From positions 14,322,001 through 14,386,000 of the forward strand of contig OZ316775.1 in assembly GCA_973851085.1 (NCBI GenBank): a stretch of DNA of 64,000 nucleotides, given 5' to 3'. Positions 12,905 through 26,276 of the stretch are shown here, piece by piece (the stretch's first letter is position 1; each line of letters opens with the position of its first letter). Below the pieces are notes generated by a model. It searched no databases and was not told the DNA's origin. It saw only the letters and a program-made list of their open reading frames with translations. Source of the stretch: Ptychomitrium polyphyllum. Its lineage: Eukaryota. The position numbers and the translations under genes were made by a program.

Positions 12905-13602
12905 CTATTTAATTTTCGAGTCACCTGAAGAAAAATCACTATTTTTTAAATTATAGCATTTTATAATAATGAGCATTTTGTTTAGAAGTGCTATTTTACA
13001 AATGGGGGATACTTTACATATAGAATATTGTGGTATGATTTAATTTCCTTGTTACTTATATAAGTAGTTATTTACATATTTTAAACACCTCGTGTTATTT
13101 TGAATGCAATTTTTTTAAAAAAAAATCTTAAATTAGTTATAAATATGTTTAAAAAATTCACTCTTTTTAAAAGTTACTGTGCTTATAAATTTTATTTACA
13201 TATATTAATATATGGCATTTTATTTTAAGTTGCATGTCTATTTTTATAAACAATGGAAGATGTGATTCTAGAAACAATATTCAAAATTTAATCAGATTCA
13301 TTTTACAATAATTTATTATGTTTTTTTAAGAAATTTAATAATAATTCTACTTGAATATTTGTGGTTATTTTTGGTTGCAATTTGAAAATTAAATGCTTTT
13401 ACTATTAAGAATGAAATATATAAGTTTATAAGTATGTAATTTGCATATTTAAACATAAAGAAAATTAAATTTTAATCCTATATTTTAAGTTCAAAAAGCT
13501 TATAATTATAAAATGATTTATATAACCATTTTTGTTTTATTTCCAAATTTTTCTAATCATTGTGCATTAATAAATTGTATACATGCCACATGGTACAATT
13601 TG

Positions 13603-13722
13603 GAGGATTTTGAGGATCAAATTTTGTTATGTCTTATAAACACAATCCCAAGCAAATAACTTGATTTTGTTATGTCTTACAAACTTTAAGATCCTCAAAA
13701 TCCTCAAAATCCTCAAAATCCT
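13603..13722. repeat. Composite inverted/direct repeat
   Basis: Inverted arms gaggattttgaggatc (13603-13618) and gatcctcaaaatcctc (13690-13705, extending as a 9-bp tandem). They enclose the direct repeat attttgttatgtctta(t/c)aaac at 13621 and 13664. Confidence 0.85.
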
Positions 13723-16700
13723 TTTAATAGTAGTATTTTTCGAGCACTATATCCATGAAATGATACTTTGTAATATTTTGATGTGTGCACTGGAGCCGTT
13801 CCAACACGTCAGCATCGCCACCCGTCCTTCCCACCAGTGAATTCATTAACACCTTACGGACCACTTGATTCTATCTTTTCATTGTTGGAACGAACGAAGA
13901 ACCCATTGGTGAAAAAGAACCCAAGCAAATAACTTGATTCGATTGCCTCCGCTCTCCAAAGCTCATCAGAGTTCCTTGCCGCCCCGGGTGATGCTGGTGG
14001 AATGTCCGCAGAGGTCGTCCAGTCGACACCAAAGACTCGAGAAGGTCCGGGAGCGCAGATTCCTGGGAGGTATGGGCCAGGCGATTGTAGACGCGGCAAC
14101 TCGTTCCCAGCACGAGCGTCTGCTCGCGGCATCTCACTTCTCCTCGTGCCGCTGCGGGATTGCCACCAGCGTCCAAACTTCCAGCGCGCACAGTATCGTG
14201 CCGCAATAAAGTTTCACGAGGTCGGGGTGCGAGGGATGTGCTGCGCAGCTGCAGTTGGTGCCATGCCACCGTCCCAGTCAGCAGGCACACCGTTCGAAGC
14301 GGATATTTGTGATTATCGAAAAGAGCTTCTCTGTTTGAAGAATATAATCTGGCTCACGCTGTTCTGCGCATGATGGGGGATGAAGTGTTTTACTAATAGT
14401 AGGGGCCGTGCTGAGGCTGATTCTTGTGTCATTTTTATTTCTCCCTTGCTTAGAGATTTTGTTGTTGTCTTTTTTGCTTGAAATAGATGACTTACATTCT
14501 AGAACAATGGACTACCCTTTGTAAGTTACCTCTCCAACAACAGATGTTTTTAAGCAACTTTCTTTTGCACCCGGGAGTAAAATGTCACATCTTTTGCATG
14601 AATTCTTGTTGTCAAATATATTTAATCATTGTTTTCAAAGGATAGTTCATGCTTCTAGTTAAGAAAGCTATGAATGTGTTCATTCCACTAAACTAAACAA
14701 TTCACTAATTAGCAAAAAAATAAAATTGTTATCTAAAAACTAATTAAAGATGTCTTACGGGAATTTGACTTGTATTTGCCTTTTCACTCCACTAAAAGGT
14801 TGATTTGGATTGGGTAGATACTTAGTATGTAATGAAAGTATACAAGATTATATCAACATTTCAAGAAATTTCATGGACCTACTTAAATAAATACATAAAT
14901 ATTTAAATAAATAGGGTTCATATTGAACACTTAACAATAAAAATGACCTTGATTTATAAAAACATCTAATACTACAAGCTTATAGAAAAGTATATGTTAA
15001 GCTCATTTTTGGAACTTATATTAGAACATCATTTTGAGGTCACTGTAAGTAAAGTTTATATTTTTTCTATAATATTCTTTTATGTCCATTGAATAATAAT
15101 ATAAAGCTTAAAAATATTACTTAATTTAGTTTTTCCTTATATTTGATTTGACCAAAAAACATTAGAGGATAATATTGATGAAACCAAAATTATTGAACTC
15201 CTAACCTTGTTAAATGTGTTTGGTGTTTTGAAGCTTAATTTTCATAATATTGGCTTTAATAGTTGACTTTATTGATAATAACCTCTTATTCTAGTTCAAA
15301 GATCTCTACACCTATTTTTGTCAATATTATGAGTTATAATAACTATGAAATTTCTATAATAATTTGGAATTAGAATAAAGCATGAGATATAAAATTTGAA
15401 ATTTTCATAATAACTTTTTTATTTAGTAGTAAAAGAAAAATATTGTATTAGTATTTTGGCATGTGAACATAATGACAATAAAAACATATTATTAATTCTA
15501 AAAATTGGTATATAACTAATATTATTTTTAATAAACTATATAATGAAATGAGATTTTTATCATAATATCTTACATTATTTTGACAAGTATTTTCAAAATC
15601 AATTTTAAAGTGGTTAAAAAGCTTACATTAATATTAAGCCCTACTATAATAGTGATTAATGTATTTTGCACAAAAAGGACACAATATAAGTTATTTAATA
15701 ATTATATTATCATTTCAATATTAAAGAACCTCAAAAAAAAACTTTGAATATAATAGTATGCTTATTAATTTTTCATTTAGCCATTGCACAATATTAAAAA
15801 ATGGCTTCATTTTTGTGTAATAATTCTTATACATTAGTTTATTCATAAGGCAATTTTTATTTGATTTTACTTAAAGTATAATTTCTATACTTTAGTTGGT
15901 TCAATCTTACAAAAAAGTTATATTTTATTTAATTAAAAAAATTATAAATAATTAAATAGATTGATTCTACTTTGTTTGCATTTAACTTCTAAGAAAAAAT
16001 CTTAAAAATTTAATAAACTCTTTACCAGTAAAGATGGTAGGTAGAATGCATTTGAATCTCTTAGAAGTCAAATTCCACCATTTTAAATGCTTTAGACTTT
16101 GATTTCAAAAGTTGTGATCTTTAAAAAATAAGAATTAAGAATTTCAAAGAAATAAAATTCTTGTTAAAATCTTGTTAAAATTGCAAATTTTAAAGTTCCA
16201 AATTTGGATTTTTATCTACATTTCAAAACACGATTTTCTATTGAATATTTTTGTGTATTAGCTGTTTGAACAAATCAATTTTATTTTGATGTTATTTTAT
16301 AATCACCTCCAATTGAGAATATTCTTAGTAAATTGAACTTGTTTGTGATTATCAGAACTCCTCAAAAGAATTTTAATAATAAAATCAAATTGATATTAAC
16401 TTTATTAAGTAATTTTGGAGGTTCTAGGTTATCTAAAGATATAAATGAATTTGTTTGAAGAATGTAAAAGAACTGAAAACTAATTTATGAAATGGATATC
16501 AAAAAGTAATTCCAGTATATCTAAAGAGTGCTGATTTGAAACTTTTGTTAATGGTTATAATAAGTTTAATCATACTAATTTGATTATTCTATCAACATAT
16601 ACAATTTTTTTGTAATAAAACTCCATTTTAAGATGCCATTTAAGAAGACTTCATGGTACATTTTAAAAGTATGTTCATCTTTTTGTCTTTAAAAATTAAA

Positions 16701-19700
16701 GGTTTACACATAAGAATATAATTTCATTTCATCAAAATAACAATACAAGATAGTGTATGAGGCTCTAAAAACATACAATGTAAATCTATATGTCCACACA
16801 GAAGAATTTTCAAATATTCATCATGTGTGTTTCTATTACCATCTCCAAGCTTATCCATATATTGTTTACCTCTTACATGCCACACAGGTCTAAACTAGGC
16901 CGAGGTTTCATTTTTTCATATACATGACTTTGATTGACAATGACTTGTGAAAAAACCCATTTCAAATCCTTGAAACTTTACGATGACAAAGTTGGATTCT
17001 AAAAGGTCCAATATCAAACAAGAAACATACATTGTGAAAGCTAAACTTTGAAAGTCAACAATTCTTTGACTCACCAAATCGATGGATGTAGTTCCTCTTG
17101 AAATTCGTATGTTTAGTATAAGCTGTAAATGGTTTCTTTAAAGATAAAAAAAGAAAGAGAAAAAGAGTACACAAAAACATTTCGTACCTTAGGTTAATGC
17201 CTGAGTTAAAGAAAGGAGATGGCTTGGGAAATCTACTCGGAACCGTGTACCTGCCTGGGTAAACTCAGTGGATATTGATGCCTGTACAAGGCCTGCAGAG
17301 GGGCCTCAAGTAGAGTAAATAAGCCACGAAAGGATATCTGCAGGATGTTATGATTGTTCAAAATTGTACGTATCCGATTCCAAAGGAACAATCATGTAAA
17401 ATCATGCGCACTATCGTCGGAATTGCCGGATGTGGAAAATCATCCCCGATGATGAATGGTGTCACAAGGAGAGAATGACCGTGGAACTGATTCGTTGAAC
17501 GCTATTGGCTGCAGCAGAGGAAGAGGATCTCATATTTGTGTCTATCTGTCTGGGCCAAAGCAGACCGAGATCTCAGATCAGGACCCTATCGGTTCCCGCT
17601 CAGCATCACACCTTATCCACTTGTGACTTGCGCATCCGTTGACTGGTTACTGTGCACTGTCGTCATCCAGGTACCAACGTCCACCTCCTCTCCATATCAT
17701 TCCACGTCTGCAGTGTCAGATTATCCCGTGTTCCCGCCTTACGTCGAGATGCCACATCCGCAACATTCCCTTCCTCGTCCAGAATGTATCATGACGCGGA
17801 TTGTCTGGAGCGTCCAGTGCCCTCATGGTATGGGAGTGTAATTTTAGTACCAATTTGAAAACTGTATAAACCACTGCGGCAGGGAATAAATTACATTGAC
17901 CGGTTTTGGTTGAACGCATTATTTGGTTTCATTGGTGCAGAGTCGTTCTACAAGATGGGCTCTTTGTGTTAGCCATGTCCTTATGCTTAAGACCATGGGA
18001 AGGGGTGCGGCATTGGGGGCAACTGTTTGCACTTTGACACTTGGGCTCCAGCTCAAAGATACAAGGTTACAGGTGAGGCTTGTTTGAAGGACGAAGCTCT
18101 AAATTTGACTACTGGGTACTGATGCTTTCTGTCACTTTTTCCATCTTTTTGGTTCTAGTCCTCTTACTTTAAAAGTGAACAACCCCTGAGAACCATAATA
18201 AAATTGGCTTTCATATTTGATGAAAAGGAGAACTTATGTTTCGTGGAAACCAAGGAAATTTTCCATGCATTTTTGGTGCCACAGGAAGCTCCAAGCTCAA
18301 TAAAATAGTGTTGATTCTTGAGTTTCTTCATTTTCTATTTATTAGTGTTTATCCATTGTAGAAAATTAGTGCTAACCTTTCTGTAAACGATTTTATGGCT
18401 ATTCTCTTTAAAAGAAGAGTATGTGTCTTCATTGGCCAGAACTGTACAGAAGTACCTACAGGAACGATGGTCCTGGTTGGACCAGTTCTTATGTGGGTCC
18501 ACAAAAGTGATTCACTTGGACCCAGCCAGGAGGAATGTTCTGATTCCTTATTCCGTCCCAGCAGTAATGGACACTCGTTTGATGAACTGTTGCCAGTTGC
18601 AAGTGGTTGGCATGGGCAAACTTTTGTTCATCTACCGGAACTCGTAGTCTTCATCATTTTTCCAACTTTTTATTTTACTTGTAGTGCTCCAGTTAGGACC
18701 TGAAGTGCATCCAAATGAGAACCATCAGATATCATAATTTCAGTTTTGGTGTTATTTGCAGCAGTTGTTGCAAGTGAGAGACACGTTGGATTGAGCTGAG
18801 AAATGACCACTCAATCAAACTATGCCTCCTACTACCCAATTTTTATTTTTCAAAAAAAGAAAAGAAAATCATAGCCTACAATTTGCTTGAAAACTCGTTC
18901 TAGAATTTTATTTTTATTATAATATCTCCAGTGATAAATATAATACAATGATAATTATATCAACTTTTGCAAATTTGGTACAACAGCCAGTGTGGGTCAT
19001 AGCATTTTAGAACAATAGAAGGAACTACCTTTTTGAAAAAAAGATCCCGCAAAGATTTTAATATGATCCTCTTTTCTATTCCATGAGCAAACATCACATT
19101 CATTGCATGACTACGCCACATCATTGTAATGTATACTTAATTTCCATTTCCAAGTGTTGACAAAAAGGTAGTTCAGGCACCTATTCAAAAATGATGTGGT
19201 GTTATTCACAGTTTTATGCGTTTGGTTTTGACACTCATACGTTATCATATGTAGCTATGGTGCAACAATGAATGCCAAAGAACGTCTCAAGTCACCCTTC
19301 CTCCCTCTATAAGTTATCAAGCAGCAAAAAATTGCCCAAATAATTGCACGAGTTGTGAGTGTTTGATTTAAATCATTTCATTATGAACTTTACTTTAGCC
19401 CTTGTTGCAGTTCGTACGAGCATCTGAATGTTGCTATTCCTGTACCTCAACCCTCAGCACATCCGAGAGAAAACATGAGGAAGCATGCTACATTTGTTAG
19501 GAATATGTAACGTGCTGATTCTTAAATACATTACAACGCAAATCGAAACTTCGGACTACTAAGAGAAGCTCGCATAAAAGGAAGTAACTTGATCATGTAT
19601 TTCTCCACTGGGCAGACAATCTCGTGGTATTGGCCGGATACAGAATTGAAAAGACATATTATGAGGTTATGCATTACTAATGTTCAGGTTCCAGACCGCT

Positions 19701-21525
19701 GCGAAGAGTAAGTGCTGAAACGTCAAGACCTTAAATTGTTCTGGATCTGCTTATAACATTGGATTGCGATTCTAAGAACTAATGAACCTAAGGTGCTGCA
19801 AGAAATCATCGTTCAGCAATTAAACGTAAGACCTTACTCTGCCTTTTCCGAGAATCTTTAGCAAGTCTTAAGACGACTTTGTTTTTTTCGGATTGACCTT
19901 CTCCTGGACTTTTTGAGTTGGTCTTCCACCAAACACGATATATTCTTTGAAGTCAGGCTGCTGGAAAATCTGATACCTGCCCGGATTCAAAACCCTCGCT
20001 TGTCAGCAAACTCTCAGACCAAGCTGCTTCTTAAACCATGAAAAAAGCATATTTACCAGTGCTGTCTCCCAGACTTGACGCTTAAATTTGGTTCTGAATG
20101 GGCATAGTACTCTTCTCAATTAGAGACCACCGAATGTTTTACCTTCAATGGAATGGTTCTACTGCATCATGTGTGCAACATAGCTATGTGAGATTTCATT
20201 CATTTTTGTGCTTGAATTTCTTACTTGAGTAATTTAAGGAGACCCTAAGCACAGCGTGCAAGATTTGTCCAGGTTCGTATTGTTCTATGCAAAGTGATCT
20301 GGTATTAAGCGATGTGAACCATGTCAGATTCAATCTGTGGAAGACTACTATCCTTCTGTTCACAAGACGTTTCAATCTGATACTCCAAGCTGCATGCAAT
20401 ATTTACTTGGGCCTATATTTCCAGCCTGGGTTGTTCACAGGCTTGAGCAAGCAATGCGGGAGAGTTTCACCAATCACAGTAGAAAATTTCTTTGAGAGAA
20501 ATTCTGTATTGGAAAAAATTAGAAATAAGGATTGGCATCAAACTGTTTCATATGAACAGGAATAGTAGTGTAACCGAAGCAGGACAATCATTGGAAAAAA
20601 CAAATATTTGGATGCACATTGCTGACTGTCATATACGAATTTCAGTTATTGGAAGTCTAAAAATGCATCTCAAATCTGAACTCTGTCTTTTGGATTCAAA
20701 TGAACGAATTTGAATATGTCAACCAAGAGAGGACACTCCGAAGAGCACTATTATTGAGCTCAATTGATTTATCACAGCAGTCTCGAGTCCTCTCTATTAT
20801 AAATTATAACATCATAACTTTAGTATCATAACTGTACGATGACCTTGACATCATTCGTCTGTAGTTAATGATCAGCTCAAATGGACTGATTTTCAAATTC
20901 CCTAGATCTCAAGGTGAACCAAATTGACGAAGTATAAAATTAATATACAGCTACTGAAAACAACTTCTACTTTTTACGTATATAGCATACCAGTCTCCTT
21001 CTACATCTCGGATCTACTACATTCTCTTTCATATTGCTGATTTCTGGAGGTTTGCAGAGCAGATACAGTAAAAGCAGTCGTCTTGAGATAATTGCCAATC
21101 TAGCTTGTGGGGTCGTGGTAAGCAATATGAAATGAGGTGTAGGACTTCTTTCCACTTCCAAAACATTTGCATCGATGTGTATGAACAATGTTCTTGAGCA
21201 TATGCCTGGTTAATAGGACGAATCTGCTGGGAATCGTTGTAAAAACATAGACTATGGTAAATCTAGAATCATTGAGATACATATTCCTTTACTTGTTGTC
21301 TTGTTTCTCTGCACTAAAAACCCAATGGCTTAGAAACTTTGAGTTAATGCTCATGATAATCACCTTCTCCGAATCAAGTTTCTTCTTTTGTGTTTCAAAT
21401 CGAGCGAGAAAGATTAAGACCACGAGAAAATGAGCTAATTTTAAATGAGTTGATTTGTCGTAGGTTCAGGATCCTGTTTTCTAAATACAATTAACTTGTA
21501 CTATTCACTTCACCATGATTCATCA

Positions 21526-23400
21526 TGTATCAGAGAGTAGCACATATTCCTATGTACCGAAAGTGAATTCAGTCACTACTCATCCTGTATGAGTCTATAG
21601 CACTTGAGTATGCTCTACATTGGAGTCTACATCACAAAAAGTAGTGGTCAGACAGCTGGTGGGCATTTTTCAGGTGAGCAACTAGCAGGGAAGCAGTCTA
21701 TCAGCTTTTCCTCTGGAGCACTTGGTGCTGCCACTACAGCCATAGATAGAGAAATGCTTAAGATCTATTACTCAGTATAATAAAGGTCTAGATTTCACAC
21801 TCCTCAATTCTAGCCACTTAACAGGAGAATCTGAATATTAAGTCTGGTCATTTAAGATGACACGATCCTTGAGAGGCATGAAATTTGAGCATACTGCGTC
21901 AACTCTGTATCCCCAAACCAAGTGACTGAAATAGAGATTGAGGGCAGAAAGTTGGCAGTAGATCCCATTTCCGAATTAGTGAAAGACTCGCTGATACTTG
22001 TTACAAGGAAATACAATGTTTCTTTTGAACGGGGGCCAGTATCTCAAAGGAAGGTATAAACGTACCACAGGTTCTGGACGACTTGTGCTGCTGAGGAAAC
22101 TCATGACTGCAAGAAAAGAAGAATCAGCTACCATAGCGGATTATCTCAAGGAGGTCAAAAGTGTCATAGATCAGCTGGAAGCTATATCAGTTATCATTTC
22201 AGAAGACTTAATTACCCTTTTCACTTCTTACCCAAAGGATATCAGTTTTTCCGAAAGCTACTCACAGGTAACTATCTTCTCCCACCTTTTTTCGGATCTG
22301 AAATCAGAGGTTGTAGACGGAGAGATGCAGATCAAGATGGATTTGGAGAAGGAGTCGGTAGGGGAGGTTCTGTACGTAAAGAAGGGTCGTACCGGAAGGA
22401 AATCTGGAAACTTAATTGATTTTCTGGAGGGAAGCAGACCCGCGACACCAAGCAAGCATAGCATCACACGCTTTAGAGTGCCAAGCGGAAGCCGCAATAT
22501 TACAAAAGCAAACCGTCATCAGATGACCTATACTTTTTCTGCAAGGAACGCGTACACTAAGAAGGTGACTGCGACTGAAAAAATATTGACCAAATGAAGG
22601 GCCTCGAACAGAAGTTTAAGAGACTCAGTCGCAAGGTCATCCACAAGTGAATGGTGTGAATACGAAGCATTCCAAGCAACACTTATTCCACATCAAGCAA
22701 TACCAATATTGGTGCGAAGGATGTACTGGAATCGTACCTTTTCAAGTCGGAAGAATGTATGCCCTTGAGCCTACTGACTCCCTTATCAATTTACCTATCG
22801 CCTCTGGTTCTTCTTCTGGCTGTAAATTGCATAGGCGGAAGTACTAGCAAGCAGTACTAGTAAGAACTCATCAAACACCGATTGGGTCCTAGACTCAGGT
22901 GCAACTCAGCATGTTACGGGGAACTCGATCATCATATATGATCTCAAACCTGTGACTGCCGAAGGGGTGAAGTCCTTCACGTCACAGGCAAAGGAAGTGT
23001 ATTTTTGCAATTCCCACATGGTGAGATAAAAGAATTGAGGATGTTCTTCATGTTCCTGGTATCAAGCGCAACTTGTTGGTTGTAGGATGTATCTCTGTTG
23101 AGGGGTGTGCAGTTGAGTTTGTCAAGTCTACTTGCATCATTAGAGACATGAAGACTCATCGCATACTATGCAAGGGACTCAAAATTGGCAAACGAGGGTT
23201 ATATGAACTAAACTCTGAAACTCTCACCAATGTAGGGATATTTAGCGGTGAACAGTCTAGACAAGTATAACGGGCTTTGCTATGGCTCAGGCGGCTAGGT
23301 CGTATGATCTTCCAGTCACTCATGAACTATCCAAGTCAGGTTAGTCTTTGGATTATTAGATATGTTAAATAGTCAACCGTTGAATCTTCGGTTTTGCTAC
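21526..23400 (+). mobile_element. Degenerate Ty1/Copia LTR retrotransposon remnant (PBS-like site, gag, protease, GAG-pre-integrase; integrase, RT and RNase H absent)
   Basis: A PBS-like tca|tgtatcagag is at 21526 (compare tRNA-Met PBS TGGTATCAGAGC). Gag start LTGESEY*VWSFKM is at ~21820, followed by UBN2-like LLRKLMTARKEESATIADYLKEVKSVIDQLEAI and a zinc-knuckle relic FCKERVH*EGDC (~22535). Protease DWVLDSGATQHVTG is at ~22880, then VTGKGSV, DVLHVPGIKRNLL and GLYEL. LWLRRLGR (compare LWHRRLGH) is at ~23280. Many frameshifts and stops. Confidence 0.9.
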
Positions 23401-23439
23401 AAACTTTCGTCCATATTTTTGAAGATGTTCATTCCTAAG

Positions 23440-24420
23440 TAGATAAGGTTGGATAAGGTTGTGTGACAAAGTGGACAAACTTATGTGACAAATTTGTCAT
23501 GGTTTTGTGTGATAAAGTGGACATAATTTCAATAACAATAAAATTGGCAAGGATGTGTAAAAAACTTAATAAGGTTTTGTAACATACCAAATAAGAATGT
23601 ATAATATTATTGTTTAGAGTGTGGGACAAAGTTAACATGGTTGTATGTCAAGTTTTACAAGATTGTGTCACAAAGCTTACAAGGTTGTGTCACAAAGCTG
23701 ACAATGCTACGAAACAAAGTTGACACAAAGTTGACATGCCTGTATGACAAAGTTATCAAGGTTTTGTATAACAAGGTGGACAATGTTTTGTGTTTGACAT
23801 AATTGATAAAAACAAAGTTTACATGGCTATAAGAGAAAATTTGACAAGGTTGTGTGACAAATTTGAGAAGGTCATGTGACAAAACTACTAAGGTTTGTAA
23901 CATAGTGGATAAAATTGTATTCAAGAGCTTGACAAGGATGTGTAACAAAGTTAATAAGGCTCTGTAAGAATTTGACAAGGCTGTTGCACAAAGTTGACAA
24001 GGCCATTTGATAAGATTAAGTCTACAAGATTGTGTGACAAAATTTGTCAAGGTTTTATATGAGAAGGTGGATAGAATTTTGGAATATAACATTTTAGATA
24101 AGGATGTATAACATTGTTGCCAAAAATGTGGAACAAAGTTGACATGGTTGTATGTCAAGTTTGACAAGAATGAATGACAAAGCTCACAAGATTGTGTAAG
24201 AAAGCTAACAAAGGTGCCTAAGAAATTTGACAAGGCTGTTAGATAAAAGTTACAAGGTTGTGTAAAAAATTTGACAAGGCTATTGGACTAAGTGGATAAG
24301 GCCATATGACAAGATTAATAAGGTTGTGTAAGAAAGTGGACGAGGTTTTGTAACAAAGTTGACAAAGATGTGTAACAGGGATGTATGACAAAAATGACAA
24401 GATTTGTAACAAAGTTGTGA
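23440..24420. repeat. Degenerate minisatellite, 22-bp unit (consensus ~TGACAAGGTTGTG-TGACAAAGT), roughly 40-45 copies
   Basis: Example: tgacaaggttgtg tgacaaatt tgagaaggtcatg tgacaaaac. The 13+9 bp periodicity persists over about 1 kb. Copy number is estimated from length. Confidence 0.9.
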
Positions 24421-25331
24421 TTCTAGAGATTCTTTGATTTCTAAACAAGGATGTTGTGAATGTTCTAATTTTTTTAAATGGATATTGTAGTCTTTTAAAT
24501 TTAACAAACAAAGCTTGAATATGCTCTTAGAACATGGTTATACTTTCTACACAATTTTTATTAGTCCATGTTTTTGCTAGACATCTTAATATTTTAATAC
24601 AAATAAAACTTTTTTTTCTTTTACATTTTCAATAATCTTTTGTTAAAATAAATTATTAGATTTAAAATGTAGTACATTATTTACAAATAACAATTGAAAA
24701 TCATTAGGAATAAAAAAAATAATAAAAGAATGTCGATAGAAGGAATTTAAAACATCTTGAATTTTATCAAATTTAGTATTTGTTTTGATTAAAAGATAAA
24801 AAAATATAATCTATTTGTACAATTTCAATTTGAAGGCTTTGAATTTTGAATTCTTTTTAAGAAGTACTTAAATTTTATTGGCATTATTCAAACATCAATT
24901 GGTTGGTTTATTGTTAAAAAAATGTCATATTCATTTTTCAAAAAATGGTGTATTTTAAGTTTTAAAACAGAAAGATTTTTTTATTTACTTTTATTTAAGT
25001 TTTATCACTTTTAATAATAACTCGAAGATATTAAAATCTTTCACAAATACTCTTTGTAATTGGAAAATGAGAGATATATTAAAAGCAATTAATTAAATAT
25101 AACACTAATTATTATTAGTTTTATATTTCAATAAAACCATTTATATGAAAATAATAATTGATTATATGTACATAAAAGCTAAATGCAAAAACTTAAAATA
25201 CTTTTTGGATTAAAAATATAAAACCAAGGATTTTGATTAAATTTTAAAAAATAATTGTGATTAAAAACAGTAAGAAATAATAAGTATTGAATATAAAAAA
25301 CCATCAATATCCAACAAATTGTCAATTTAAG

Positions 25332-25427
25332 ATATACGTGTATATATATGTATATACGTTTAAGATATATATATGTGTATATATATATGTGTATATATGT
25401 GTATATATGTGTATGTATATATATGTA
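25332..25427. repeat. Compound (TA)n/(TG)n microsatellite
   Basis: atatacgtgtatatatatgtatatacg...tatatatatgtgtatatatatatgtgtatatatgtgtatatatgtgtatgtatatatatgt. Confidence 0.9.
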
Positions 25428-26276
25428 AATAATGAAATGAATAAAATAAATGATTGGATGTTGTCATGAAGAAAACGTTTATTGAAATTCAGTTAAAAGT
25501 ATAAATAATTTTATTCACAGAATTTTTAGAATTGAAAATGTACATTATAGAAATATTCTTGAAATATTAATAACATCTATAAAAACTCAATTTTAATACT
25601 TCCTAAGACTGATACATATTTCCTAAGCTTTTAGCAATTGTTTATGAAAAAAAATTTATGTTTATTTTTACTATTGAATTTAGCCTCTGCTTTATAAAAT
25701 ACTGATCATTCAAATTGAATTGATGTAATTCTTCATTTAAATATGTTTTAGAAATTTTTACGGAAATACTAATTTGCTAAAAATTTCAAAAATCAATTGT
25801 TTAGTATAATTTAGTAATTTTGTTTTGGATTTTTGAATTAATTATTTTTCCTCTTTTAAAATGAATTAAGTTTAATCTTACATGATTAGTATTTGTGAAC
25901 TAAAGAGTGTCATTTGAATAATGTTTTTGAATTAGTACAAATTAAATAACTCATACCTAAATTTTAGTTTTAGGTACTAATTCATTCTTGGCTATTAGTG
26001 TTCAAAAAAGATTATATGTAGATTAAAGTATCATTATTATAACATTTAATTCTAACGTAAAACATAATGAAGAAAGATAAATTCTTATATTTATTTTTTC
26101 TAATTACAAAAAAACACTTAAAATTTTTTCTTGTTTGTATAATTTATGAATTGAAACTTAAAATTTAGAGATGTTTGAAGAAAAAAAATTAAATTTTATA
26201 GTGCTCAATTGCTTGGAAGCTTAGAACGCATACACCTTATATTACAACAATAAATCATTAAAACCTAAATTTAGCC

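Noticed and set aside
17449..17492. ATGATGA...CTGA resembling snoRNA C/D boxes
   Set aside because: Only ~45 nt long, with no terminal stem or recognisable rRNA guide.
21998..22597. 199-aa ORF as a possible domesticated gag gene
   Set aside because: It starts at TTG, runs out of frame before the zinc knuckle and is embedded in otherwise frameshifted Copia sequence.
23435..24511. ORFs of up to 192 aa on the - strand, and a CRISPR-like periodic appearance
   Set aside because: The ORFs are by-products of the 22-bp minisatellite. Units are contiguous and degenerate with no unique spacers, the context is eukaryotic and there are no cas genes.
25287..25469. 60-aa Y/I/V-rich ORF
   Set aside because: Translation of the TA/TG microsatellite.
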